47,902 bases of DNA from the NCBI GenBank assembly GCA_044892505.1, contig CM097882.1, forward strand, positions 111,724,001 through 111,771,902, given 5' to 3'. The notes under the pieces were generated by a model. That model was not told the origin of the DNA, ran no database searches, and was given only the letters and a program-made list of their open reading frames with translations. This document shows, one piece after another, positions 11,607-24,345 of this stretch (position 1 is its first letter; each line of letters begins with the position of its first letter). Source of the stretch: Schmidtea nova. Taxonomy: Eukaryota. The translations under genes were made by a program, and so were the position numbers.

Positions 11607-12480
11607 TTATTTGAGGAACGGTTTACAAAAGTGCAACATGAAAGGCATTTTTGTGCGTGTATACCGAAGATATTGTGATAGATGCAAATAGGAATGATCC
11701 TCAAAGTGGAAGGAGGGTTTGGCCATGAACATCCTATATGGCATGTTCTTGCGTCGGATGAGAATTTCTTGTGAAAAAAACAAGTCAGAGGGGGAAAAGA
11801 ATTCGGTTTGTCGTTTCTTTGGGTGTGTACTTAGCTGAGAGGAGTTGAGTATCGCTTCGACTGTTTTTGTCAGAGAAGATATCTGTTCCTGTAATGAAGG
11901 GTCGGAAACTGATGCGATGGTTGTTAGTGCGTTTCGGATGGGGGGTCGTGTAACCAACTTATCAGCAATTTTTGCAAGGTGAAAAGGATCATCGGAATCC
12001 ACGACGAAGAGTGAGGTCTGGACGTGATGTGGGAGAGCTGTTAAAAATTGATGGCATAAGAGAGCAGTGTTTTTTGATAAACCGGTGTGGGCGGCCTCGA
12101 GTTTGCGTACTAGTTGCGATAAAAAGGATGATGGGAGTTGACCGGCGTATGGGGTGGGTTTTGATATCTTTTCGATCGCTGAAGTGCGCGTGGGTGAATA
12201 TTATTTTTCTATGACCGCTTTGATTGATTCATAAGGGGTTTCTGAGTTTAATGCGTCAGCTATTTGTGAGCCTAATTCTGACATTAACTCGTCGGGTATT
12301 GCATCCAGCAGAAGATCTTGCCTAGACTTGAGATTGGCTCTAGTGCGCGATTCAAAAATGAGGAACCAAGATGATGGTGTGCCGTCTGCGTCTAAAAATA
12401 TCAGTTGGGTGCGATCTATGGACGTGGAAGGGTTATGGTCATTGTTAGTTTTGGCACCGCCTCTTGCTCGCATGAAGAGT
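11607..12480 (-). pseudogene. Gypsy gag (frameshifted)
   Basis: SSWFLIFESR..LLDAIPDELM..PYESIK and SDDPFHLAKIADKL resemble Gypsy gag; position between PBS and protease. Confidence 0.65.
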
Positions 12481-12849
12481 GTTATTATTGCTTTTTTTGG
12501 GACCAAAAGAGGATCTAAGATGGGAACTCCGTTATTTAAAATAAAGAAGTCGTTGTGTTCTATTAAAAAAACGTTTAATATCGTTAAAAAAGTTTGTCGT
12601 GGTAATTTTAATTGAGTGAATAATATTTTTGTGGCGTACTGTGATGTTAAGTAAGCCGTCATGAAGGGTAAATGGTTGTGAACAGGTAGGGGAAACTGTT
12701 GTATTTTTGGTTATCGGGGTATGAAAATTATTATTAAAATAATTATTAAAATTTTTTTTGAAATTATTATTAAAATTATTATTAATATAAATGGAGCGAT
12801 TAGACGAAATTAAATAATTACATAATAAATTCAAAAAGCTTACGTTTGT

Positions 12850-12863
12850 CACTTCTGACACCA
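12850..12863 (-). promoter_or_regulatory. Primer-binding site, tRNA-Leu
   Basis: TGGTGTCAGAAGTG is complementary to the 3' end of metazoan tRNA-Leu (...CACUUCUGACACCA). Confidence 0.8.
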
Positions 12864-13616
12864 ATTGTAGGAATACTAAAAGCCAATTCGATTTATTTAA
12901 TATATATTGAGCATAATAGATAATTCAGTTTTGAGTAGACGGGAATCTGGACCAATGATATCAAGAGTTGATCTGTACAAACTCTGTGACTGTCTGTATA
13001 GATTGATTTCCTGGTCGGATAAATGATGCATTGAAAAAGACTGATTGTGATCCAGAGAAATGATTGATAGCGTTGTGAAGTTAGGCATCTCAGATGGGTC
13101 TAAATTGAGATTCATGAGAGGTCCCTTGATTGATAAACACATCTCTGTTTGTCTTTTCGCATTTCGACATTGAAACATTTTCGCAATTTAGAGAACTGAC
13201 AATTGCTTCTTCTTTGAATGTCAAATAAACGATAAAAACTTATGCATTCATGTTGTCGAACACGGCATTTGTTGCTATAAACTTTGCAGTCGGGTTCAGA
13301 TTTTCGTTTTGACGTTTCGAGATTGATATTGTTGTTGTTCAGTAAAAATGAGTAATTGTGTAGATCTTGGATAAAATGTTGTGAATTCTCAATCATGAAA
13401 AATCGGTCGATGTAAATTGAGCGGTTGACTGAGGACATCGAATCGTTTGAAGTTGCTTGCATTTTGTTTGTGTGATCAGCGTGAATATAAAATATGTGAA
13501 TATTAAAACAACGTCCATTAATTTTATTGCTCCATTTAATAATTACTTAAATTAAATTAATTAATTTAAAAAATAAAAGAAATTTATAAAATTGAATATT
13601 TAATCTAAGACACTAC

Positions 13617-15171
13617 ACGTATGTTGTTCTATGTAAAATGTTTGTTTTTTAATTAAATTTAAAAAAAATTATTATGTAATAAAATAAAATAAAATAAATT
13701 TTTAAATTTTTAAATTAAAATTTTGATATAGTATGGAGATGATTATTATTGATTAATTTGTTTAAATTTAGCATATTTTCTATTTTATTATTGATTATCC
13801 TGATTGCTGCCTGACGAAGATTGTTATACAATCGAAATATATCGCGTTTATGTTGAATTTACGGAGTTGGCGTTTTTTTATTATTAAATCATTGCCACGT
13901 TTTTTTGATTATTTATAATATCATAATTATCTTTTTGTTTCACCTTTGATATTTTTTAGTATAAATATCAATAATTCCCATTATGGTAAGACTATAGATC
14001 AACATTTCTTTAAATAAGTACACAATATTCCGGTACAGCCTTTATCAAGTGTGTATCAAGTGTGTCCTGAAATATTGTGTACTTATTTAAAGAAATTTTG
14101 ATCTAATCTTATCATTATGGAAATTATTGATATTTCTAATAATTATAATAATAATAATGAACTAATAAAAAGAGAGATGTGTGTATATAACTAAGCGTGT
14201 GTATATAAACTAAAATTTATTATTATTTCAATTTCAAGAAATGAAATCAATGAGTATTCAATTTTCAAACCGGTTTATTTTTTCAATGATTATTAAATGT
14301 ATTTATTACAGAAACATTTAAATTATAAATTGGTGAAACCTGTTCAACTTGTGAAGACATGTTACAATTATTGGATAGAAGTATTCGAAGAAGAAGATAA
14401 AGAAGCTATAAATACATTATTTGCTCCTGTCAATAATCAGCTTTTTCTTGATGAAATTGGTTCCTTTATAGGTGGTCCTTCTTTCAAAGTTGTATATGGA
14501 AAAGAAACAAATCACTTATAGAAAATTCATAATGGAAATTGAGTATTCAAATTCAGAGTTATAAAATATTGCAAATTGGTATCATATTATCAGTTTGGAA
14601 GATTATGAACAGAAAACTGTGTTAATAAACACTGTTAATAGACGATGTTATTTTGCTTTACTACAAATATTGGTTTTAGGAATAATATTGGTTGTAATAA
14701 AAATATTTAAATTATTTAATCAATAAATTATTTAAGCCTTAATTACATTAATTTTGGTAAACATTAATTATAAAGGGCAAATTCCTATGAAAATTATACG
14801 CAACATAAGATTTCCAACAAAAAAACAAATAATAGATAAAAATGATAATTATACAATAATATTTTAAAAACAGGGAAATATCGAATAATGGGATGTAAGA
14901 AACCTCTGGAAAGCATATATTATAATATTAAAGATTTTTGTCTTCAATAATGTACAATCACAGGGAAAATATCGAATAATGGGATGTAAGAAACCTCTGC
15001 TAAGAAGAGGCGCAGCTAAGGTATGCAGGGGAGCGAGCCGCACCGGGTGACCACATCACAGGAGTGACACCAAAATGAAAAAAAATTTAATTTTAAATTC
15101 AGAGCCGACAGAGCTGCTCAGAATCTCTGAATAAAATCTTGAGTTATTTGCAAACGCGCCAACTAATGACG
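13617..15171 (+). repeat. Right arm of the inverted duplication (apparent donor; runs into the intact hAT left end)
   Basis: Reverse complement of 6871-8289; contains a PLE 3' UTR with HHR, a degenerate HHR-A pair, an ORF fragment and the first 167 bp of the hAT. Confidence 0.95.
13808..13846 (+). ncRNA. Minimal hammerhead ribozyme (copy of 8056-8094)
   Basis: Same sequence on the + strand; predicted cut after 13843. Confidence 0.8.
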
Positions 15172-16007
15172 CGTGGCAGCTGCCTAGTTTGCCTAACAGA
15201 CCAGCCGGCCCTGCTTGCGATTCAATATACCTGTTTTCGTTTGATAAAAGTATCTATAATATAAAAAATTATTTCCATTATTTCCTAGAAAGTATTTAAA
15301 AATTTTAAAAAAATAAGTGAAGAACAAATAAATGGAACTTGATTAATAAACCTTGTTAAAAAATAATTTTACTTACGTTTAATGTGATATACTTCCAAAA
15401 ACTTTCAGAAAAATAATTTTTTCCTAAAAATCTAATAAATATAAAATAAAAATAATATTGAAGAATATAGATAAACTTTCAAAGCTTCTATAGTGATCTT
15501 ATATCATTGTAAAATCAAAATAGAAACATTAAATGATATCTAGATAAATAACATTACCTGATAGCTATTTTAAAAAAAATTTCTAAATGAAAAATAAATG
15601 GCTAAATAAAAATGTACAGTACACAAAAATTAACAAAGTAACTATGAGTAACAAGTAGATGCACGCACCTTCTTGTATTATAGTTACTTTTAAACAACGA
15701 AAACAGGTGTATGACTACAGTTTGAATTAGGACAGAACATAANNNNNNNNNNNNNNNNNNNNNNNNNNNNNNNNNNNNNNNNNNNNNNNNNNNNNNNNNN
15801 NNNNNNNNNNNNNNNNNNNNNNNNNNNNNNNNNNNNNNNNNNNNNNNNNNNNNNNNNNNNNNNNNNNNNNNNNNNNNNNNNNNNNNNNNNNNNNNNNNNN
15901 NNNNNNNNNNNNNNNNNNNNNNNNNNNNNNNNNNNNNNNNNNNNNNNNNNNNNNNNNNNNNNNNNNNNNNNNNATGACTATAGATCAAATTTTTTTTATA
16001 AACAATA

Positions 16008-16040
16008 ACACAATATTTCGGCACAGCCTTTATCAAGTGT
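16008..16040 (-). ncRNA. Minimal hammerhead HHR-A (mirror arm)
   Basis: Reverse complement of 17715-17747. Confidence 0.78.
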
Positions 16041-16819
16041 GTATTTCTATCGTTATATTTACTTAATCCTAAATAGTAGCCTTAATAATTTTTTTAATAT
16101 TTTATAATGATTTTATTGGATGAAAAAATTTATTTTAATTTTTTTGTGCGAATTGAATGTTGATGGACGGTTTGTATTTTTTTATGTAAAAAGTCTCGGA
16201 AGCTAATCTTTGTAATGAATTTTTGAATCCCTCTTGTAGAATCTGGCATTTTGTTTCTTCTATAGATGGAGTTGTTTTATGTACTTTCTCCCAGTGTTCG
16301 TAATAATTACTGGTTTTGTTTTTAGTGTGTTCATTAAGTCGGGTTCGAAAAGTTCTATGTGTTTCTCCTATGTAAGTAGCGTCACATTTTTGACAAGAAA
16401 GTTTATATACTATATTTTTGGAAAAGCAAAAGCATCGGGTTGTGGAACGGCAAAGACATTTATGTTTGGAGATGTTGGAAATTGGTGGCTTTCGGAGTTG
16501 TGATTTTAACGGTGCGGAGGTTATGAACGTTGGACGAATGTGGATAGGCAAATCTGTTTGATTAAAAATGTTGGTGATTTTGTTGGCTGTAGTGTCATTT
16601 AGGAAAGGTAATCTTAGATATGTTGTGTGTTTGTTATTGTTATTGTGTTTCTGGCGTTTCCTATTGTTGCGTTTATTGTGATATGGTTCGTTAAGGAAGT
16701 GTTTCTTTACAAAGTCTTCAGGGTATCCATTTTGGAGGAATCGTATTTTGAAGTTTTCTAATGTTTCTTGTATTTTGTTTGAGTCTGAACAGTTTCTTAT
16801 GTGTGTTGTAAGTTTCACA

Positions 16820-17620
16820 AAAACCCAAGATACACTAAATGCAAACACCGAGCGATATTCTAAAAGTTTACATAGTGGTCATATCCTCCCATGGAAAAGC
16901 TACGTTCCACTTCAACGCAAAATCGCATTACTAATAGGAGAAAGAAAAAGAGCCATAAGAAACTGTTCAGACTCAAACAAAATACAAGAAACATTAGAAA
17001 ACTTCAAAATACGATTCCTCCAAAATGGATACCCTGAAGACTTTGTAAAGAAACACTTCCTTAACGAACCATACCACAATAAACGCAACAATAGGAAACG
17101 CCAGAAACACAATAACAATAACAAACACACAACATATCTAAGATTACCTTTCCTAAATGACACTACAGCCAACAAAATCACCAACATTTTTAATCAAACA
17201 GATTTGCCTATCCACATCCGTCCAACGTTCATAACCTCCGCACCGTTAAAATCACAACTCCGAAAGCCACCAATTTCCAACATCTCCAAACATAAATGTC
17301 TTTGCTGTTCCACAACCCGATGCTTTTGCTTTTCCAAAAATATAGTATATAAACTTTCTTGTCAAAAATGTGACGCTACTTACATAGGAGAAACACATAG
17401 AACTTTTCGAACCCGACTTAATGAACACACTAAAAACAAAACCAGTAATTATTACGAACACTGGGAGAAAGTACATAAAACAACTCCATCTATAGAAGAA
17501 ACAAAATGCCAGATTCTACAAGAGGGATTCAAAAATTCATTACAAAGATTAGCTTCCGAGACTTTTTACATAAAAAAATACAAACCGTCCATCAACATTC
17601 AATTCGCACAAAAAAATTAA
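16820..17620 (+). pseudogene. PLE RT thumb plus GIY-YIG endonuclease (open frame, 5'-truncated)
   Basis: YSKSLHSGHILPWKSYVP..K, FLQNGYP, CLCC..CFC..NIVYKLSCQKCDATYIGETHRTFRTRLNEH. The mirror ORF at 16135-16801 is on the minus strand. Confidence 0.92.
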
Positions 17621-17714
17621 AATAAATTTTTTCATCCAATAAAATCATTATAAAATATTAAAAAAATAATTAAGGCTACTATTTAGGATTAAGTAAATAT
17701 AACGATAGAAATAC

Positions 17715-17747
17715 ACACTTGATAAAGGCTGTGCCGAAATATTGTGT
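17715..17747 (+). ncRNA. Minimal hammerhead HHR-A in the 3' UTR of its parent PLE
   Basis: Identical to 58-90; ~95 nt after the ORF stop. Confidence 0.8.
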
Positions 17748-17837
17748 TATTGTTTATAAAAAAAATTTGATCTATAGTCATTATGAGAATTATTGATAAT
17801 AATAAAAAAAGATCAAAGGTGAAAAAAGATAATTATG

Positions 17838-17913
<76 letters not shown>

Positions 17914-17995
17914 TTATCTTAATAAATTCATATAAAACAAGTAGATTATTAGTACTATTATATATTTAATATTTATTATTCAAGAATATTCTATC

Positions 17996-20594
17996 ATGCC
18001 ACATGGGGTGCACAAGTCAAAGAGACCTAGTGGATGCGAGCAGCGAAAAGCAAAGAAGAAAAGAAACGAATTACTAAAAAAATCATTACCGGGATCAATG
18101 CTGAAATATGTCAAGAGATCTAGTGATGGCCAGGGCTCATCAAAAGACACTGTTCTAGGTGTTCCTTGTTCTACGATTGATACTGATTCATCCTATGCTA
18201 GCAGGATTAATTCTTCAAAAGAGCCATTAGGGCCAGAAATGGAAGAGGCTGATGCAGAGATGGAAGAGAATTATGTAGAGATAAAAGAGATAGCAATGAA
18301 TGAATTTGAAATAGAAGTTATTGCTGAAAATGATTGGAATATGTTATCTGATATTTCTTTCTGGAATGTACCAGTTCAAGATCATGTTCGAATTGAAATT
18401 ATCAAAAGAGGAAGTTGTTCTTTTCAGAATAAGGATGGGTCTTTCAGTATTGTGACAAGACAAGGTGCAAAAGCTAAAGGAGATGTGCGCCAGCTGTCTA
18501 AAGAATGTTTCTACAAGACGATGCCAGATGGCAAGAAAATACTTCGGTCATGGATGGTTTACTCGCTCGTCAGTAAGAAATTATACTGCTTTTGCTGCAG
18601 ACTCTTTGCTATCAATGCAGCAGAAACAACATCCAAATTCATCACTGCGTTTCAGATGTGGTGGAAGCTGAGCCCAAAATTACATAATCATGAGATATTG
18701 GATGACTATCTAAGTTGTTTTGAAAAATGTAAAACATTGTCAGCAGGACTTAAGCTGCACAAAACAATTGATGCCGAAAATACTGCTATGATGGACAGTG
18801 GAAAAAAAAGTGGAGGGATATATTGTACAGGTTGATTGATATCACATTGTTTCTTGCTAAGCAAAATCTGGCATTTCGTGGCCACAACGAAGATGAATCT
18901 TCATTGAATAAAGGCAACTTTCTTGAGATGGTTGAGATGCTTTCTAAATACGACCCTGTGCTGAAGGAGCACCTAATGAGATTAAACCAAACTACAAGAT
19001 CATCCATATCTTATCTTTCATCAGATATTCAGAATGAATTTATAAATGTCCTAGCAAATCACGTGAAGGATATTCTTGTCAATGATATAAAGGCAGCGAG
19101 GTATTTTGGAATTATGTTCGACAGCACACCTGACATATGACACATTGACCAGATGTCTGAAGTAAACGAAGTGTTTCTAGGATATTTCCCTTTAATGGGG
19201 AAAAAAGCTGATGACCTCTGTTCTGACATTCTTAAAAGTAAACGAAGTGTTTCTAGGATATTTCCCTTTAATGGGGAAAAAAGCTGATGACCTCTGTTCT
19301 GACATTCTTAAAAATCTAGAAGAAGATGGACTTGACATAATGATGTGCAGAGCTCAAGGTTATGATAATACTGCCACAATGTCTGGAATCCATGGAGGTG
19401 TTCAGGCCATTCTGAAAAGAAAGAATAAGAAAGCTATTTTTAATGGATGCGTCGACCATTCGCTTAACTTATGTAGTCAACACTCATTTGCTGAAAACGC
19501 ATCATGCGTAACATTTTTTGGTACTTTTGAGAGAATGTATTCTTTTTTTGCTACTTCCACTCATCGATGGGATGCTTTAATTGAACACACTGCGATGTCG
19601 GTTAAAAGGCTATTAACAACACGCTGGAGTGCACATCATGCTGCTGTTAAACCGGTGAAAGATAAGTTTGACGAATGTGTGGCGGCGATTAAAGCTCTCT
19701 GTGATCCACGTGAAAATGTGGACACAAGAGGTTCAGCACAAGGTCTTTTACATGCTGTCTGTGATTTCACGTTTCTCTGCTACATTTACCTTCGGGCTGC
19801 TGTACTTGAGGAAGTTAATCTTACACAGCAGTATCTGCAGACTAAAGGTTTAACTCTTGACAAAGTGGTGACCAAGCTAGAGGCATTAAGACTTTTTCTG
19901 CAGGAGCAGCGCTGGCACTTAGTGGAGCATGCAATTGAACAAGCACTTTTAAAATCAGACTACTATGGCATTACGGTTCAAAAAGAACATGACAGGGAAA
20001 CAACTCAGATATACTGGACTCACTATGCAAGAAGAGAACAAAAGGGCGATGCTGGAGTGTATTGATCGTTTTCATTCTGAACTTTAGACCAGATCAACAG
20101 CGATCAAGGAAGTAGCTGATATGTTTGAGGCTGTTCAAACCAAGAGTCTTCTATCAGCATCTGAAGAAGAGTTGCATGAGTCAGTTCCAAAATTGACCGC
20201 GTTCTACAATGAGCTATCTGAAGTTGATCTTTTAAAAGAAATACCAAGACTGAGAAGGCACTTGAAGGCAGCAGATATTGATTTCCACAAAGCCAAAGAC
20301 TGGTCAATATTTGATTTTTCAAACTTTATAGCTGAATGGGACTTCAATGAATCTCTCCCTTTACTTTCGCTAAGCCTACAACTGTTCCTTACTATCTGTG
20401 TGTCTGTAGCTTCATGTGAGAGGAGCTTTTCCAAACTGAAACTTATAAAGAGTTATTTTCGATCGACCATGGGACAGTCAAGGTTTTCTGATCTGGCTAT
20501 ACTATCAATTGAATGTGATGTGGTAAAAGATATTGATTTTGATGATGTGATTGATAAGTTTACAGCTTTGAAGACCAGGAAGAGAAACTTTTAA
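17996..20594 (+). pseudogene. hAT transposase (ZMYM1-like: TTF zinc finger, DUF4371, hAT dimerisation), several frameshifts and a stop
   Basis: LYCFCCRLF, LAFRGH..NKGNFLE, FGIMFDSTPD, RAQGYDN..MSG, TRWSAH, VSVASCERSFSKLKLIKSYFRSTM. Confidence 0.92.
19161..19312 (+). repeat. 76-bp tandem duplication inside the hAT transposase
   Basis: agtaaacgaa...cattcttaaa occurs at 19161-19236 and 19237-19312. Confidence 0.95.
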
Positions 20595-21499
20595 ATAAAA
20601 TAAAGATAAATTTTACTATTAAATAAAAATAAGTGATTTCGTTCGTTTGTTTTTTTCTTATATCCTTAATAATTTCTGGACTTATTTTACAAAGATTACT
20701 ATAGCGATTATGTATTATGTGTGGTCGAATACAAGAACAGTGAAACACTCTGAAGATTCCATGGTCAAAGTTTATAGAGAGGGGTGACACCATTGGTTTA
20801 CCGCACCGGTTGAGACCAACCCTAGCTACGCCACTGCTGCAAAGCATATTAATATTAAAGATGTTTGTCTTCAATCATGCGCAATCACTATTGATATGAA
20901 ACAAAACATTAACTTGCATTATTTGTTAACAAAAACAAAATGTGTAAATGAACCAGAAATATTCCCGACATTGAGACTTGAATCTTATAAAACATTGTGT
21001 GTAAATATATTTGCTAGTTGGAAAATAGTTTTTCTCGGATTAAAAACTCTCAATTTTGATTGGTTAGTAAATAAAATAGTTCATGATGTAAAATATTTAA
21101 TTGGTTCAAAATAAATGTTATAAATTCTATAAATTCTATAAATTCAGAAAACCTTTTCTTTCCAATTATTATAAAATAACAAAAATATCAGAAACCGGTA
21201 AATATGTGCTCCACTATTTTATCTTTAATAATTTTACTTTTTAGAATTTAGAGTTGAAGTTCTTGTTAATAAAATTATTGAGATTTATCCAAAAATCAAA
21301 AATGAAATCTTGATTTGTGCTCCGGAAATCGCCGCTGTAAAAATCTATCAATCTACTGGAATCAATATCGATTGCATTATATATTTCGGATATATGGTTT
21401 CGATAAACAAGCTAATATACTCAAGAAATTAATTTGTTGTATAAATGTCAAGAATGTGTTGATTACAAACGAAAAGAAAATGTAAATATTTTAGTTAAC

Positions 21500-23130
21500 G
21501 AACTTTACAAATATCCTGAACATACATAATTTGATTAACATAATTATTGGTTAAAAATTAATGTCTTTTTTATAATATTGTTGTAAAAATAGATTATTAA
21601 CATGATAATGATTCAAAAGTTGTTATCAGGGTTTTGCAGAGAAATCAATTACAAGTTAAATCATGTAAAAATATATTGAAAAATAATTTGAGAAGTTGTG
21701 AAAAAAAGTGGAGTGTGCACAAAATTTAAAAATCAATATCCTAATAAAGATTTAAACAGAATCTTGTAGAGAATTAAATTGAAAATTGAATGAGCTATAT
21801 AACTGTAGAAAATAGTATCCATTAGTTGCAGAAAACTTGAAATGTACAGTGCCAAAATAAAAATCAATAATATAACCCAAATAAAGATATCGTTTAATAA
21901 AGAAGTTTTCAAGAAAATTGATGTAACAAAATGTTAAAAATTATTTTAGCACCTATGAAAAAGGTAAAGTGCTGAATGTGCTAAAATTTAAATCAATATT
22001 GTAACAAACTTTTATATATCAACTTGTAGAAGATAATTTTTCAAATAAAATGAGCTATAAATTTCTTGAAAATAATTTCAAACATGTATGCTAAACTTGA
22101 AGTTCACAGTGTAACAAAAAATCAAAAGCAATATTATTACAAAAGTTTTAAATTATCTTGTAAAAAATTAATTTTCTGATAGATTGAAATATAAATCCTT
22201 TGAAAATAATTTCAAGTGTCTGTGAAAAAAGAGAAGTGTAGTGAGTGCAAAATTTAAAAATCAATATTATATCAAAAATTTATATACGGTTTGTAGAGAT
22301 TAATTTTTCTAATAGATTAAGTTATACATGTTTTGAAAATAACTGCATAAACTTATAAAAAAGTTGAAGTGCACTAGATGCCAAAAATAAAAATCACAAT
22401 TATGATAAAAAATTATATACCATCATGTAGAAAAAAGGTTTTCTGGAAGAATGAGTTAAAAATCTCATGAAAATAATTTCAAGCACCTATGAAAAAGTTG
22501 AGGTTTAGTGGATGCAAAATAAAAATCATTTGTTTTTAACAAAAATTTAACATGGACAAAAAACGCACTTGATTTCCAACATGTCTAATGAAAATTAACT
22601 CAAAAATTTGTTGCAATTGCTAAGAAAAACAAAGTATTTAAATATCCATATTTTTATGGAGAATTTGTTTTTGAATCGAATGACACTAGATTGGTCTAGT
22701 GGATTACTCGGAATTTTAAATTTAGTGAAGATAATTAATCGATCCCTGAACTTATTTCCATAATTAAATTATATGGTAAATTTTTTCTTAAGAAAAATAG
22801 TGAAAAAATTAAATTTTTCATAATTTTCAAAGAAAAAATAGTATTTGGGTAAGCTGCCCCATAACTTGATGCAAACAAAAATTCTCGACAAACATGAGTA
22901 ACCCTATGAAAAACTGTGATTTGTGCACAAAAATCAACATAGCCATTAAAAATCGATAATAGCACTTTTAAATAATGTATTATTAATGTATTTTTAAAAT
23001 ATATGTGCACTTGGAAATTCATTGTAGCACTTTTTAATCAATAAATATATTTGATTTTTAAAAAACGCGTGTTTTCTAAGGAGGGTGCGTAATAAATCAT
23101 ACTGTTTCATGGGGCTCACATCTACCTACT
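21500..23130 (-). mobile_element. Repeat-rich element end terminating in AGTAGGTAGATG (minus) at 23130
   Basis: catctacctact at 23119-23130; degenerate ~120-bp units (aaatttaaaaatcaatat...cttgtagagaattaa) over ~21500-22600, with similar motifs at ~1850-2040 and ~35570-36060. Confidence 0.45.
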
Positions 23131-23265
23131 CACTTTTGTCACTTTCTCAAGAAGAGATTTATAATAGTTATTTTTAAGTAACAACTCAACCAAAATCTTG
23201 ATTATTTTTTACTAAATTAACAAACGTAGAAGATAATGACCAAGCACGAAACAATAATAATAATA

Positions 23266-24345
23266 AGTAGGTAGAAATGTGGAGCCGGAAACAAAGACGT
23301 ATGACTCATCGATGACTCATAAAAAGAACACGAGTCACCCCTACCTCCGGGGTAGGGAATTTTTCTTTATGACTCATCGATGACTCATTTCAAATTCGAT
23401 TTTTAAAGTTGAATTCCCAAAGTTTAAATAAGGTCAAACCTTCAAACAAGGGCATCATTCGAAAGGTATTTGAGAAGTCTATACAATGGTCATACCATCG
23501 AAGGTTTATGGAGGGTCCTGGACCTTCAAAGGGTCTAAAACCTTCAAATCTTTTCAAACCTTATAATGTATGTATGATTCGAAAGGTATTTAAAGACTGA
23601 TTATGATGGTCGTACCCTCGAATGTTTATGAAGGGTTCTCGACACTTAAAGGGTGCAAAACCTTCCAAATATTAAAAACCTTACAAGTTATATATCATTC
23701 AAAAGGTATTTTTGAGTTAATAATGATGGTAATATGCTCGAAGGTTTATTGTTGATCAAAAACCTTCAATGGGTATCTAAACTTAAACGTTTTTAAATCT
23801 TACAAGTTATATATCATTCAAAAGGACTTTTGATGGTGAGATCGAAGGTCATATCCTTGAAGAATCCAAGGTACAAAGATTTTAAACTCTAATAATATAC
23901 ATATCATTCGAAAGTTATTTAAGATGTAANNNNNNNNNNNNNNNNNNNNNNNNNNNNNNNNNNNNNNNNNNNNNNNNNNNNNNNNNNNNNNNNNNNNNNN
24001 NNNNNNNNNNNNNNNNNNNNNNNNNNNNNNNNNNNNNNNNNNNNNNNNNNNNNNNNNNNNNNNNNNNNNNNNNNNNNNNNNNNNNNNNNNNNNNNNNNNN
24101 ACCTTATAATATACATATCAAAGTAAAGGTAATTGATAGATGAGTATTATACCCTCGATGGTGTGTGTGTGTTTGAAATTTTTTTCTACCACTATTTTCA
24201 AAATTTCGTATCCCAATATAAAGAAAGACATTGCAATTTAGATGCAAGTTAACAAAGACATTGCAACGCAGATGCAAGATAACAAAGACATTACAATACC
24301 TATTCAAGCCAAATTAATAAAGATATGTGACACACATACAATAAC
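23266..24345 (+). mobile_element. AGTAGG-terminated non-coding element (same family as 777-1817)
   Basis: Starts AGTAGGTAGAAATGTGGAGCCGGAAACAAAGAC; TGACTCA at 23302, 23313, 23370 and 23381; ~120-bp internal repeats; aacaaagacattgcaa repeats at ~24225-24300. Confidence 0.55.

Larger units (their letters stand above)
8740..13510 (-). mobile_element. Ty3/Gypsy LTR retrotransposon, frameshifted and 3'-truncated (no 3' LTR seen)
   Basis: Order gag-PR-RT-RH-IN on the minus strand; PBS at 12850-12863 preceded by ...ACA-AT. The 5' LTR extent (12866 to ~13500) is uncertain. Confidence 0.9.
15974..17781. mobile_element. 5'-truncated PLE with inverted (fold-back) 5' copy: 828-bp arms, 152-bp spacer
   Basis: 15974-16801 is the reverse complement of 16954-17781 (2 differences noticed); the right arm tail runs into (TA)n at ~17841. 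Confidence 0.95.
15005..20836 (+). mobile_element. Full-length hAT DNA transposon with 8-bp TSD, interrupted by a PLE
   Basis: Left TIR AAGAGGCGCAGCTAAGG versus right TIR (rev-comp) CAGTGGCGTAGCTAGGG, 13/17; flanks ctgctaag (14997-15004) and ctgcaaag (20837-20844); shared subterminal ccgcaccgg/gtgacacc motifs. Confidence 0.85.

Noticed and set aside
8729-12869. caattgta at 8729-8736 and 12862-12869 as a target-site duplication of the Gypsy body
   Set aside because: It overlaps the PBS/LTR junction, whereas Gypsy TSDs are 4-6 bp and lie outside the LTRs; likely chance or microhomology.
12897-13462. Short ORFs upstream of the Gypsy PBS as a separate gene
   Set aside because: No recognisable motifs; the position immediately 5' of ACA-AT-PBS fits LTR sequence.
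17030-17060. CTGAAGA...GAAA hammerhead-like string inside the PLE ORF
   Set aside because: There is no stem I or proper stem II closure; it is coding sequence (YPEDFVKKH).
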